This document shows, piece by piece, positions 37,510-50,079 of a stretch of DNA of 64,000 nucleotides. The stretch lies in NCBI RefSeq assembly GCF_020745735.1, contig NC_083444.1, positions 7,384,338-7,448,337 of the forward strand, in the 5' to 3' direction. Source of the DNA: Hemiscyllium ocellatum (taxonomy: Eukaryota). A model generated the notes under the pieces. That model saw only the letters and a program-made list of their open reading frames with translations. It was not told the origin of the DNA and made no database searches. How positions within the stretch are numbered: the first letter of the stretch is position 1; each line of letters starts with the position of its first letter. The translations under genes were made by a program, and so were the position numbers.

Positions 37510-40500
37510 AATTAAATGGTGAAGGATACTAATGAACTGGAAAGGGTTCAGAAAAGATCTACAAGCATGCTGCCAGGGTTGGAGGGTTTGAGCTATAGGG
37601 AGAGGCTAACTAGGTTAGGGCTGTTTTCCCTGGAGCATCGGAGGCTGAGGGGTGACCTTATGGAGGTTTATAAAATTATGAAGGACATAAATAGAATAAA
37701 TCGACAAGACCTTTTTCCTGGGAAAGGGGTAATCCAAAACCGGAGGGCATAGGTTTAGAGTGAGAGGGGAATGATTTAAAAGGGATCTAAGGGGCAACAT
37801 TTTCACACAGAGGGTGGTGCGTGGAAGGAGCTGCCAGAGGAAGTGGTGGAGGCTGGTACAATTACAGCATTTAAAAGGCATCTGGATGGGTATAAGAATA
37901 GGAAGAGTTTGGAGGGATATGGGCCAAGTGCTGGCAAGTGGGACTTGATTAGGTTAGGCTATCCAGTCGGCATGGACGTATTGGACCGAAGGGTCTGTTT
38001 CCCTGCTGTACATCTCTATGACTCTCTGAGCGGGAACGTGAAAGGGACACCTCAACATTTCAATCCACAACCCCTCGGAATACGCAGTCTAATTCTCTCG
38101 ATTTCCTAGTTATCTGCTTTGTCTGCATGCCAGCCCTGCAGGGACTGGTGTACCAGGGTGTCTGCTGAGTAAACTGTCCCAGGGCGAATGCAGCACTGTG
38201 GACAATGCATGCCTGTGTGAGGTCCCAATGTTTAGGGTGAGGTTTTAAGCCAAGAGAATTAGACCTTACCTTCAGCGCCGACTGGAGACTTAACACTACC
38301 ACCTGCTGGAAGAACATCACATTGCGGGTGAAGACCGCCCCAACTCAATCTCAGGATCACCTAGCCCAGAGTGAGTTGATGATCGCGTCTGCAGTGTCGT
38401 TAGTTTTTTAGCCTTCGGTGCCACGTCGGACTTGAACTCGAGCCCTCCTGGCCCAGAGGTAGAGCTACCACCCACCACCTTGACGTATTTTCCCCAATCA
38501 ATTCATTAAAGGTGCACCCTCTGGACTGGAACTCGGGCCTCCTGTCTCGGTGGTAGGGGCACTGGCACTGCACCACAACTGCTTTCCCTTTTATTCAGAG
38601 TCATGTGGCATGGAAACGGACCATTTGGCCTAACCAGTCCACGCTGAACATAATCCCAAACTAAACTAGTCCCAGCTGCCTGCTCCTGGCCCATATCCCT
38701 CCAAACCTTTCCTGTTCATAAACTTATCCAAATGTCTTTTAAACATTGTAACTGTCCCCACATCCACCACTTTCTCAAGAGGTTCATTCCATATGTGAAC
38801 CACTCTCTGTGTACACAAATTACCCCTCATGTCTTTTTAAATCTCTCTCCTCTCACCTTAAAAATATGCCCCCTTAGTCTTCAAATCCCCCCACTCTCGG
38901 GAAAAGACACCTGCCATGAACTCTATCTATATTCCTCATGATTTTATAAACCTCTACAAGGTCGCCCCTCAACCTCCGCCACTTCAGTGACAAAAGTCTC
39001 AGCCTAACTAGTGTCTCTTCCATACCTGGCAACATCCTGGTAAATCTCTTCAGTTCAAGATTCACCTTCCTATAACAGAGCGACCAGAACTGGACACAGT
39101 ACTCCAGAAGAGGTCTCACTAATGTCCTGTACAACCTCAACATGACGTCCTAACTCCTGTACTCAAAGGTCTGAGCGACGAAGGCATGCGTACGAAACAC
39201 CTTTTTAATCACTTACCAAACATTTAAAAATAAAGCTTTGTTGACTTTAAAATTTCCCCAATCACCCTGTTGAGAAATACCACTTCACACTTCTGCAGTA
39301 GTTGGGATTTAGAATCCAGGCTCCTCTGGTCCAGGGGCTGGGACACTGCCACTGTGTCACAAGAGGGCCCCCAACAAGCTTCCTGTTTTCTCTCCCCTTC
39401 AACACCGCAGAATGACTTGCGGCAAGCTCCATGCTGTAAACCGCCACCAGGAAATCACCTGCAATTTTCCCATTGATGGATTTACTCCAGACTCTCTGCT
39501 ATTAGGGGCAACGCAATAGAGTCATAGAGTTGTACAGCATGGAAACATACCCTTCGGTCCAACTCGTCCATGCGGACCAGATACCCTAACCTAATCTAGT
39601 TCCACTTGCCAGCACTTGGCTCATATCCCCTCATGTACTCATTCAGATGCCCTTTAAATACTATAATTGTACCAGCCATCCATCACTGCCTCTGGCAGCT
39701 CATTCCACACACGCACCACACTCTGCGTGAAAAAGTTCCCCTCAGGTTGCTTTTAAGTCTTTCCCCCTCTCACCTCGACCCTCTAGTTCTGGATTCCCCT
39801 ACCTTGGGAGCGACCTTGTCTATTCCCCCTATCCATGCCTCTCATGATTTTATAAACCTTTCTCAGGTCACCCCTCAGCCTCAGGGGAAACAGCCCCAGC
39901 CTATTCAGCCTCTCCCTATAGCTCAAGCCCTCCAACTGAGGCAACATCCTTGTAAATCTTCAGAGTTGAATAACATCCTTCCTCTAACAGGGTCATTTTC
40001 TATTCACTCAGAAATTGTGGCTGTTGCTGGTCAGACCAGTATTTAATACCATCCCTAACTGCCCCTTGACTGAGTGTCTCTCTCAGCCATTTCAGAAGGC
40101 AGTTCAGTGTCAGCCCCATCGCTGTGGGTCTGGTGTTACGTGCAGGCCAGACCAGGATAAGGACGGTAGGTCTCCCTCCCGAAAGGACATGAGCGAACTC
40201 ATCCAGATGAGTTGAGATGTGGAATCAATTCCCGCATCGGCTGAGTTTACTGCGCAGGATTCTCCTTAACCTCGCCACTTACCTGAGGGCGTGGTGACCC
40301 TCAGATTAAACCAATACCAGCACCCCCCCCCTCTCTCACTCCCTCTCTGAGGAGCGAGTAATCCCATGGTCTGGTAAGACTGGGAACATTTTTCTAATGG
40401 TAGGACCTATACACTTCACAGTAGGGCCTTGGGGAATGTTGCTGAACAGAGGGTCCTTGGAGTGCAGGTTCATAGTTCCTTGAAGGCAGAGTCACAGGTA

Positions 40501-40930
40501 GATGAGATAGGGAAGAAGGTGTTTGGAAATGTTGCCTTCATTGGTCAGCGCATTGAGTATAGGAGTTGGGAAGTCATGTTGCAGCTGTACAGGACATTGG
40601 TTAGGCCACTTTTGGAATACTGCATTTAATTCTGGTCCCCCTGCTGCAGGAAGGAAGTTGTGAAACTTGAAAGGGTTCAGAAAAGATTTACAAGGATGGT
40701 GGAGGGTTTGAGCTACAGGGAGAGGCTGAATAGGCTGGGGTTGTTTTCCCTGGAGCGTTAGAGGCTGAGGGGTGACATTATAGGCTGCCAGAGGAAATGG
40801 TAGAGACAGGTGCAGTGACAGCATTTAAAAGACAGATACGTGAATAAGAATGGTTTGGAGGGATATGGGCCGAATGCTGGCAACTGGGACCAGATTAGTT
40901 AAGGAAACATGGACGAGTTGGGTTGAAGGA
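37510..40930. mobile_element. Series of CR1 3' fragments (37510-38030 +, 38600-39215 -, 39515-39990 -, 40395-40930 +) with degenerate tRNA-like SINE heads between them
   Basis: ORFs 37516-37752, 38874-39143 and 40429-40629 encode the RT C-terminus; B-box-like gagttcaagtcc on the minus strand near 38440. Confidence 0.75.
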
Positions 40931-41211
40931 TCTGCTGCTGTGCGACATGACCCTACAAAAGTCTTTATAAATGGGATTATGACGAATATTTTGAGGCCAA
41001 GTAGAGTCATGGGACAAATACTTATGACCTAATCGTTAAATCATCTGCTTATTTAGAAATTTCCTGTTCGTGGGAGTGAACAGCACTTGATTTCTGCTTC
41101 CCATGTTCCTCACAGAGAGAAGCGACTGTCCTTCATGAAAATACTTCACCGACTGTTAAGTCCTTGGGAGAATGGTTTGCAGAAGAGGGTGCTACACAAA
41201 TAAAGTCGCTC

Positions 41212-41217
41212 TTTATT
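41212..41217 (-). promoter_or_regulatory. Candidate AATAAA polyadenylation signal of the PILR-like gene
   Basis: tttatt on the + strand, ~850 nt past the stop at 42071. Confidence 0.35.
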
Positions 41218-41334
41218 GATGGACATGTGGTAGTTACAGCTCCCACATCAACCACTGGGGGAGGGGATGGAATGGTGAGGGGAGGGGATAGGGAGGGAGG
41301 GGGAGGAGGAAGGGGAAGGAAAGAGGAGGGGAGT

Positions 41335-41805
41335 ACTCAACACTTTAACTCTCCCTCCCACTCCACCGAGGACATGCAGGTCCTTGGACTCCTCCATCGC
41401 CAGAACATAACAACACGACGGTTGGAGGAAGAGCGCCTCATCTTCCGCCTGGGAACCCTCCAACCACAAGGGATGAACTCAGATTTCTCCAGTTTCCTCA
41501 TTTCCCCTCCCCCCACCTTGTCTCAGTCGATTCCCTCGAACTCAGCACCGCCCTCCTAACCTGCAATCTTCTTCCTGACCTCTCCGTCCCCACCCCACTC
41601 CGGCCTATCATCCTCACCTTGACCTCCTTCCACCTATCCCACCTCCATCGCCCCTCCCCCAAGTCCCTCCTCCCTCCCTTTTATCTTAGCCTGCCTGGCA
41701 CACTCTCCTCATTCCTGATGAAGGGCTTTTGCCCGAAACGTCGAATTTCCTGTTCCTTGGATGCTGCCTGACCTGCTGCGCTTTAACCAGCAACACATTT
41801 TCAGG
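41335..41805 (+). mobile_element. Penelope-like 3' fragment (GIY-YIG C-terminus + tail)
   Basis: HFNSPSHSTEDMQVLGLLHRQ...RRLEEERLIFRLGTLQPQG matches 24040-24170. Confidence 0.9.
41711..41746 (+). ncRNA. Minimal hammerhead ribozyme motif with intact core
   Basis: attc-CTGATGA-a-gggc(tttt)gccc-GAAA-C-GTC-gaat. Activity not tested. Confidence 0.7.
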
Positions 41806-42070
41806 GGTGAGGGGGGGAGCCAAGGTGTTAGGGGAGAGGGGTGGAGGGGAGGGTGAGAGAACACAAAGGGGGAGCGCCCAATCGGGAGTCGAACAGACCC
41901 ATTCGGCAGCGACAAAGAAAGGCCTACTTCAGGCCAGCAGGGTCAAGGCCTGTCTCTTCCTCCAGTAGGCCTCAGCACCCTGTGAGGCAAGAGGAAAGGG
42001 GATTGAAGGTGGGAGGAGGGGAGGAGGGGGAATGGGGAGGGGGTGGAAGTCAAGGAGGGGGGGTGGACAT

Positions 42071-42220
42071 CTAGCGAGAGTCTGGCTGGAACCGCACGGC
42101 AGCGTACACAACGTCTCCACCCCCTCGCGGGGCCGTGCTCCCGTTCTTCAGGCCTTTTATTCCTGCTCCTTTTCCGACCTGCACAGAGGCGTAGACCAGG
42201 CCTTCCGGGTGGGCGAGCTG
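42071..42220 (-). CDS. PILR/Siglec-like receptor, last exon with two ITIMs
   Basis: Long AG-free pyrimidine tract ending in CAG|CAG at 42221; encodes QLAHPEG-LVYASV-QVGK...GD-VVYAAV-RFQPDSR*; both hexamers fit the ITIM consensus. Confidence 0.8.
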   Translation of the reverse strand, partial: QLAHPEGLVYASVQVGKGAGIKGLKNGSTAPRGGGDVVYAAVRFQPDSR

Positions 42221-42674
42221 CTGCGGGGAGGGGGGTGTGGGGAGTTGGGGATGTAGGGGTGGGGGTGTCCAGTTGAGGGGGGGGGAGGTGGTGGGAGAAG
42301 CAGAGAGAGAGAGAGAGAGAGAGAAAGAGGGGACAGGAGTTGAGAAAGGGGTTGCGGAGGGAGCAATCCCATTGTGAGTTTCCACCGACCCGCACCCCAA
42401 CTTCCACCCCTTGGGTGGGGGTCCGGAGGTGGGACACAAGAGGCAGGATGGGCGAGTCATCAGGTCATATTTGGCCAACTCATGCCCCCTAACCCCCTTC
42501 CCCCTCCCCTCAGATATTGAGGATCAGAAGGCGGGGAGGGGGAGTGGTCACCTTGAATCTGCGTCTCCTGTAGCAACCTGGTCGTCGTCATGGCGACCTG
42601 TTACCACGTGTTAAACAAAAAAGGGCTGAAAAATAGGCCATTCAGCCCCTCAAGCCTGCCCTGCATCCCCCCAA

Positions 42675-43160
42675 ATACACACACACATACAGACATGTGC
42701 ACACGCGCACACACACACACACACACAGGCATACGCACACGCTCGCACACACACACAGGCATGCACAGAGACATGCACATACACAGTTACATCCACACAC
42801 GTGCACATGCACAGACATGCACTTACACACACACGCACAGACATGCACGCACACGCTCGCACACACACACACAAACATGCACACAGACACGCACATACAC
42901 TGGCGCATCCACACATGTGCACATGCACACATAGGCATGCACACATACAGACACGCGCGCACACACAGAGGCATGCACACATACAGACATGCGTGCACAC
43001 GCTTGCACACACACACAAACATGCACACAGACACGCACACACACAGGCACATCCACACACGTGCACATGCACAGACATGCACACACAGAGACATGCACAC
43101 ATGCAGACAGGCGCGCACACACAGATGTGCGCATGCACATATGCACACGCACACACCCAC
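42675..43160. repeat. Compound (CA)n/(CATG) microsatellite
   Basis: Visible; source of the His/Thr and Cys/Val ORFs. Confidence 0.92.
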
Positions 43161-43917
43161 ACCCCTGGTTCCCTCTAAGCCCCGCCAGTCGTGTTCCCCA
43201 AGACAATGGGCAAATCCTCGGGCTTGGTCCCACCTGGTGGGGTTTCCAGGCCAACCCGAGGAGGAGAAGGTTCTGGAACATTGTTGGGTGGGTGAGGTAG
43301 CGCGAGGGAAGACAAAAGCGCCTTGCCCTGATCCTGAGAAAAATAACTTGTAAGGTGGAAACGACGGGCTGACTGAACCCTTCATGGGTCGTCCTGAGGT
43401 TGGGGAAGGTGCTACGAAATGAAGGCCTCGATGCCGCGTTGATGATTCCGTTTGGGTACGTTCGGTGGGGGAGGGAGAGCGAAGGGAGGCTGGTTGATAT
43501 AATCAGTGGCTGGACAAGGAGGGAGAAGGGGGGGCCAGCTGTCACCCAGTGGGAGGCAGCAGTTCCACAGCTCCATGGGATCTAGCTGTGCACCGCTAGG
43601 CCCCGGTCTGTCCGAAATGCCAGAATTCCTGGAGGACAACAAGGCAAAAAGAAAAGACTACGGAATTGGGATATGAAAAAGAGGCATGGGAAGATTCCAC
43701 CATTCCCGTCGCTTGGCAGCGATCTTAGCGGCTGAACTTTGACCTCACTCCCATATTGTCGGTGGAGCAGGCTTAGGGTGTGGGGATGGCCCACCTGCTC
43801 CTATTTCCAACGTTATCCCGTCAGATTCCCGAGGGTGCTGTGAGGAAGTGTCCTCCCCCACCCACACCCCCTTGCCATTTCCCGGGTTTGCCACCTCCAT
43901 CCACCTCTGGGTCTTAC

Positions 43918-43961
43918 CTCACCAGTGGCCACTGTCTCAGGTTGGCATGGGGCACCAGGAT
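43918..43961 (-). CDS. PILR/Siglec-like receptor, probable cytoplasmic exon
   Basis: ctttcag acceptor and GTAAGA donor; 44 nt, phase 1 to 0 (DPGAPCQPETVATGE); joins the TM exon in frame to the ITIM exon. Confidence 0.55.
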
Positions 43962-44360
43962 CTGAAAGATACAAAGCAGATGGCAAAGCACTCAGGGGGC
44001 ACTCTCTCGTGTTTGTGTGCGATTCCCCACCATCTCCACCGGCGAAACTACAACACCCACCCCTCCTGAGCACCCACCCCTCTCAGTTCTAGCCACTGCC
44101 CCCTTCGTGACCTGGACTCCCGCCCCTCTGGATTTTCCAGCCTGGTCGCTCAGTGACACCCCCTGCGTCCCACCTCCCCGCCCCGAGCGCTTTACTACAC
44201 CGTGGTGAGACACCATTGCCTTAGGTTTTCCAGGAGCTACGTAAATGCAACTTGTTGTTGTAGTCTGGGATTGCCAACCCTTGCTTGGTTGCTGCTCCAG
44301 GATAAATTGTCTCCCCCACCTGCCCCCATCGGAAGGTATTGACAATGCCATTGGGATAGG

Positions 44361-45316
44361 GGATGGTGTGGTGGCTCAGTGGTTAGCACTGCTGCCTCAC
44401 AGCGCCAGGGAGACGAGTTCAATTCCATCCTCGGGTGACTGACCATGTGGAGTTTGCACATTCCCCCCCCACCCCCCTCCCCGTGTCTGCATGGGTTTCC
44501 TCACAAAGTCCAGGTTAGGGTGGATTGGCCATGCTAATTTGTCCCATAGTGCCCAGGGATGTGCAGGTTAGGGTGGATTGGCCGTGCTAAATTGTCCCAT
44601 AGTGCCCAGGAATGTGCAGGTTAGGGTGGATTGGCCATGCTAAATTGTCCCATAGTGCCCAGGGATGTGCAGGTTACGGTGGATTGGCCATGCTAAATTG
44701 TCCCATAGTGCCCAGGGATGTGCAGGTTAGGGTGGATTGGCCGTGCTAAATTGTCCCATCGTGCCCAGGGATGTGTAAGTTAGGGTGGATTGGCCGTGCT
44801 AAATTGTCCCATAGTGCCCAGGGATGTGCAGGTTAGGGTGGATTGGCCATGCTAAATTGTCCCATAGTGCCCCAGGGATGTGCAGGTTAGGGCGGATTGA
44901 CCATGCTAAATTGTCCCATAGTGCCCCAGGGATGTGCAGGTTAGGGTGGATTGGCCATGCTAAATTGTCCCATAGTGCCACGGGATGTGCAGGTTAGGGT
45001 GGATTGGCTGTGCTAAATTGTCCCATAGTGCCCAGGGATGTGCAGGTTAGGGTGGATTGGCCGTGCTAAATTGTCCCTTAGTGCCCCGGGATGTGCAGGT
45101 TAGGGTGGATTGGCCATGCTAAATTGTCCCATAGTGCCCAGGGATGTGCAGGTTAGGGTGGATTGTCCGTGCTAAATTGTCCCATAGTGCCCCGGGATGT
45201 GCAGGGTTACAGGGACAGGGTAGGGGGGGATATAGATCTGGGTGGGATGTTATTCAGGGTGTGGGTGTGGACTTGCTGGGCCGAATGGCCTGCTTCCAAA
45301 CTCTAGGGATTTGATG
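44361..45316 (+). mobile_element. V-SINE with 53-bp array (~44515-45205, about 13 units)
   Basis: Period 53 bp (tggattg at 44521 and 44574); SINE head and tail flank the array. Confidence 0.92.
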
Positions 45317-45709
45317 AAATTTCTCCTCATCCCGGTCCTATCCCATCTCGTTGAGAACGTAACCTATTGGGAACACGCCTCCTGCCTGGCCTGTCCCATC
45401 ACGATATGAAGGGCTCCCAGTCGCTTCCCCTTGAACCCGTTCATATCAAATAAACAGCGAATGCCAAACGGCAAGTCGAATTGATGAAACATCGTGCCTG
45501 GGACAGGGCAAAACGCAGGCACCGGATGGGGTTAGTGAGCTGGCTCGCTCACTCTATTGACTTTTCCACCCATATGTCCCATTATCCTTTACACAGAGTT
45601 CGAGACAGTAAGAGGAGGCACACATGGAGCAGAGAATTGTGTGCGCAACAGAGTCGTTTGACTCCTCCAGCCTGTACAGCCCAAAATACACTCCTACCTC
45701 AGTGATGGA

Positions 45710-45976
45710 ATCCCCGCAGTGTGGAAACAGGCCCATACCAACCCTCCAAAGATTAACCCACCCAGACCCTACCCTGTTTACCCCTGACTAATGCACCTAA
45801 CCTACACGTCCCTGAGCGCTATGGACAATTTGGAATGGCCAGTTCACCCTAACCTGCATATTTTGGATTGTGGGAGGAAATCAGGCAGACACAGGGAGAA
45901 CATCCACACCAACAGTCAACCCTGAGGCTGGAATCAAACCCAGGTCTCCGGTGCTGTGAGACAGGAGTGCTTACTG
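45710..45976 (-). mobile_element. V-SINE, degenerate
   Basis: Reverse complement of the SINE. Confidence 0.75.
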
Positions 45977-46259
45977 TCGGATCACCATGCTCCCAGCTTC
46001 CTGGGCCAGTGTTGATGACACCAACCACCAATGTGAAGACACTACAAGTGCTTTTTAATGGCTGTTATGATTCCTATCCCAATCACTACATTCCAGAGAT
46101 TCCCCATCACCCAACTGGGAGTTAACCTGTTCCTCAAATCCCCTCGAAACCTCCACATTTTCATTTGAAACTGATAAAGCCCCTTGATTATAGGGAACAC
46201 TTCCTTCCCATCTACCCTCAGAATCTTACACACCTACTGAACCCCATAGCCAAGGTTAG

Positions 46260-46580
46260 ACCAGGGAGGGGAGAGGCAACAGAGGAGGGGAGAGAGGAGG
46301 CAACAGAGAGGGGGAGGGGGGGCAACAGGGAGGGAGAGAGAGGGCGCAACAGGGAGGGGGAAAGGCGGGTGACTCAACAGGGAGGGGGAAGGAGGGGCAA
46401 TGGAGGGGGGAAGGAGTGTTACTGGGGAAATGGAGGGACTGAGATGGGGAGGGTAGAGCAACAGGGAGAGGGAGGGAGGGTCTGAGATGGGGAAGGAGGG
46501 GTAACAGGGAGAGGGAGGGGCAATGGATGGAGGATGAAGTGGGGACAGAGGTAGGGTGCAAGGGGCATTAGAGAGAGGGA
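46260..46580. repeat. Purine-rich low-complexity repeat (ggagggggcaacagg-like)
   Basis: Strong G/A strand bias. Confidence 0.8.
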
Positions 46581-47619
46581 GGGGTAAACAGGAGAGGGAT
46601 CTCTCAGGATCCTTCCTCACACCCCCCCCCCACCCTCTTCTATTCCAAGAAAGAAAATCCCAGTCCAAGTTTATCCAGCCTCTCTCCATCAGTGAACTGC
46701 CCCGTCCCAGGGCAACATCCCAATGGATCTCCTCTGCACTCCCCCCCACCCTCCTTCAGGCCCCTTCCCCCTCCAGTGCAATCCCACCCTTCCGATGGTG
46801 TAGGGATCTGGAACAGAGCACCGTATCCCAGGGTCAAGGTTAGACCAGAGAAGGTAATGCGTTCACCCCCACCCTCCCCTCCCCCAAACTGGCCCATACC
46901 TTCCTGGGATTGATCCACGTCCTTCACTGGGGAGCCGTTTAGACCTCGATCGCTGCAGGGGTAGGGGGAGAGAGAGCAGAGAAAGGTGGGAGATATACCC
47001 GCCATTCTGAACACAAACAGGCCATTCGGCCCCTCAACCCTCCGATGATATTGCGGTGGATCCATTCCCAGTCGGCAACCCCCTTCCCTGATAACGTTTT
47101 CACCCCTGTCCATAGGAGCGCCATACCCATTAACACACGGCACGTCGCTATGGCCGGGAAAAGACATCTCTTCATCTTGTCCTCTTCAGGACCTTTCACA
47201 AGAATCACCAAACGTAGGCAGCCATTCAGTGCCGGTAGAGTTTCGTTTATAATTATTCAGGGGCATCACAGAATAGTGACCAGCCCGGAGGGCGAATAAG
47301 AGGCAACCGCACTGCTGTGGGTCTGGAGTCACATGTAGGCCAGACCAGGTAACAGATTTTCTTCACCCCACTTTCTCACAATCAATAATGCTTTCATGGT
47401 TATCAATTCATTCTTTTTTCCAGATAATTGTTGGATTCGATTCCCGTGAGCGGGATTTGAACCCAGGTCCCTGGAACGTTTGCTTGGCATTAACCACGAG
47501 GCTGTCAGCTGCCCCCAATGCTTGGTGCGTCAGTCGGTGGCTGATTGTACTCGACAGCACATTCCCATTGGCTAGCCTCAACAGGGTAGCTAGTGACCCT
47601 CCTCAGATGGTCCTCACTT

Positions 47620-48320
47620 ACCCCGGGGGGGGTACGTGAGGGTCGGGGGCAGGGTGAGTGGCAGGGCGGAGGGAGTGAAGGAGGTAGGGTGGCATGTAGG
47701 TGGGTGAGGGGGCAGGGTGGGTGGTGGTAGAGATGGGGCAGGTGGTAGGAGGATCTCCAGGGTAGAAGGGCAAGCAGGCTGGCAAACTGGGGGCTAAAGG
47801 GGCAACAGGGAAGGGGAAGGAGGGGGAAGGAGGGAAAGGCAACAGAAGGGGAAGGAGGAGCAACCGGGAAGGGGAAGGAGGGGCAACAGGGAGAAACAAT
47901 GAAAGGGGAAGGGTGGCAACAGGTAAGGGGAAGGAGGGGCAATGGAAGGGGAAGGGAGGGGCAACAGGGAAAGGGAAGGAGGGGCAATGGAGGGGAAGGG
48001 AGGGGCAATGGAGAAGGGCAAGGGTGCAACAGAGGGAGGAGGAGAGGCCATGGAGAGTGGGAAAGGAGAGGCAATGGGGGTAAGGAGAGGCAACAGAAAG
48101 GGGGAAGGAGGGACAATGGGGGAAGGGAAGGGCAGCACAGAGGGAGAAGGAAGGGCAAAGGGGCATTGGAGGGGCAGCAGAGAGGAGAAAGGGGGAGAAG
48201 AGATAGAAAGCGGCGGGGGGAGCGAGTGGCAGAGATAAGAAAGATGAGGGAGGGGCAACAGGGAGGAGAGATGGGCATCTGTTAAGATGGCAGGAGGGTG
48301 AGGGGGTCCATGTCGAAGGT
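47620..48320. repeat. Purine-rich low-complexity repeat (ggggaaggaggggcaa-like)
   Basis: Strong G/A strand bias; gives the Pro/Leu/Ser-rich spurious ORFs. Confidence 0.85.
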
Positions 48321-48688
48321 GAGGTGGGCAGGGCACTGGGGCATCGGGTGTTGAAAGGGGTATGTATCAGAGTTTGGGGGTATATCAGTGTGAGTGATTT
48401 GGGGAGTTGTTGGGGGGGAAGAGGGGTCGGGGGAATTAACTTTAGTTTCAGCCTTTGTGATTGGGGGAGCTCTGATTTAACCTTGAATCTCCCCTTTGGG
48501 ATGGGGTGAGGGGGGGAAGTGTAGGGTGGGGATGGCCCACAAGAGCCAATCAGAAACCTATAACGTCCCTGTCTTGAGCTCTGGAGTCCTGGGGAGGGTG
48601 GAGGGCACTCTCAGAAGGTTCTGGAAGTGGGGTATTGTCCAGATGGAGATTTCAGAGCGGCTCTGGGGACATGTGGGAAGGGTACGTG

Positions 48689-50079
48689 CAGCATGGTGGC
48701 TCAGTGGTTAGCACTGTTGCCTCACAGCGCCAGGGAGCTAGGTTTGATTCCACCCTTGGACGACTGTCCGTGTGGAGATTGCACATTCTCCCTGTGTCTG
48801 CGTGAGTTTTCTCCCACAATCCAAAGTTGTACAGGTTAGGGTGGATTAACCGTGCTACATTGTCCCATAGTGCCAAGGAATGTGCAGGTTAGGGTGGACT
48901 GGCCGTGCTAAATTGTTCCATAGTGTCCAGTGATGTGCAGGTTAGGGTGGATTGGCCGTGCTAAATTGTCTCACAGTGTCCAGGGATGTGCAGGTTAGGG
49001 TGGATTGGCCGTGCTAAATTGTCCCATAGTGTCCAGGGATGTGCAGGTTAGGGTGGATTGGCCATGCTACATTGTCCCATAGTGCCCAGGGATGTGTAGG
49101 TTAGGGTGGATTGGCCATGCTAAATTGTCCCATAGTGCCCAGGGATGTGCAGGTTAGAGTGGATTGGCCGTACTAAATTGTCCCATAGTGCCCAGGGATG
49201 TGCAGGTTAGGGTGGATTGGCCATGCTACATTGTCCCATAGTGCCCAGGGATGTGTAGGTTAGGGTGGATTGGCTGTGCTAAATTGTCCCATAGTGCCCA
49301 GGGATGTGCAGGTTAGAGTGGATTGGCTATACTAAATTGTCCCATAGTGCCCAGGGATGTGCAGGTTAGGGTGGATTGGCTGTGCTAACTTGTCCCATAG
49401 TGCCCAGGGCTGTGTGGGTTTGGGTGGATTGGCCGTGCTAAATTGTCCCATAGTGTCCAGTGATGTGCATGTTAGGGTGGATTGGCCGTGCTAAATTGTC
49501 CCATAGTGTCCAGTGATGTGCAGGTTAGGGTGGATTGGCCATGCTAAATTGTCCCATAGTGTCCAGGGATGTGCAGGTTAGGGTGGATCGGCCGTGCTAA
49601 ATCGTCCCATAGTGCCTAGGGATGTGCAGGTTAGGGTGGATTGGCCGTGCTATATTGTCCCATAGTGCCCAGGGATGTGTAGGTTAGGGTGGACTGGCTG
49701 TGTTAAATTGTCCCATAGTGCCCAGGGATGTGCAGGTTAGGGTAGATTGGCCGCGCTAAATTGTCCCATAGTGCCCAGGGATGTGCAGGTTAGGGTAGAT
49801 TGGCCGCGCTAAATTGTCCCATAGTGCCCAGGGATGTGCAGGTTAGGGTGGATTGACCGTGCTAAATTGTCCCATAGTGCCCAGGGATGTGTAGGTTAGG
49901 GTAGATCGGCCGTGCTAAATTGTCCCATAGTGTCCAGGGATGTGTAGGTTAGCTGCGTTCATCAGGGTAAATGTAGAGTGATAGGGTAGGGGACTGGGTC
50001 TGGGTGGGTTACTCTTCGCAGGGTCAGTGTAGACTTGTTTGGCCGAAGGGCCTGTTTCCGCATTGTGGGGATCCTATGG
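48689..50079 (+). mobile_element. V-SINE with 53-bp array (~48830-49950, about 21 units)
   Basis: Longest array copy; head and tail intact. Confidence 0.92.

Noticed and set aside
42221-42478. Upstream part of ORF 42071-42478 as coding sequence
   Set aside because: It is an AG-free polypyrimidine/(CT)n tract typical of an intron end; only 42220 downward looks coding
44515-45205. Regular tandem arrays as possible CRISPR arrays
   Set aside because: Units are contiguous repeats with no unique spacers, there are no cas genes, and the context is eukaryotic SINEs
47505-48336. Pro/Leu/Ser-rich ORFs of 180-257 aa (also 46234-46749)
   Set aside because: Low-complexity purine-rich repeat, open in several frames, with no domain signal
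48830-49950. TTAGGG content as an interstitial telomere
   Set aside because: Only one hexamer per 53-bp unit; no (TTAGGG)n run
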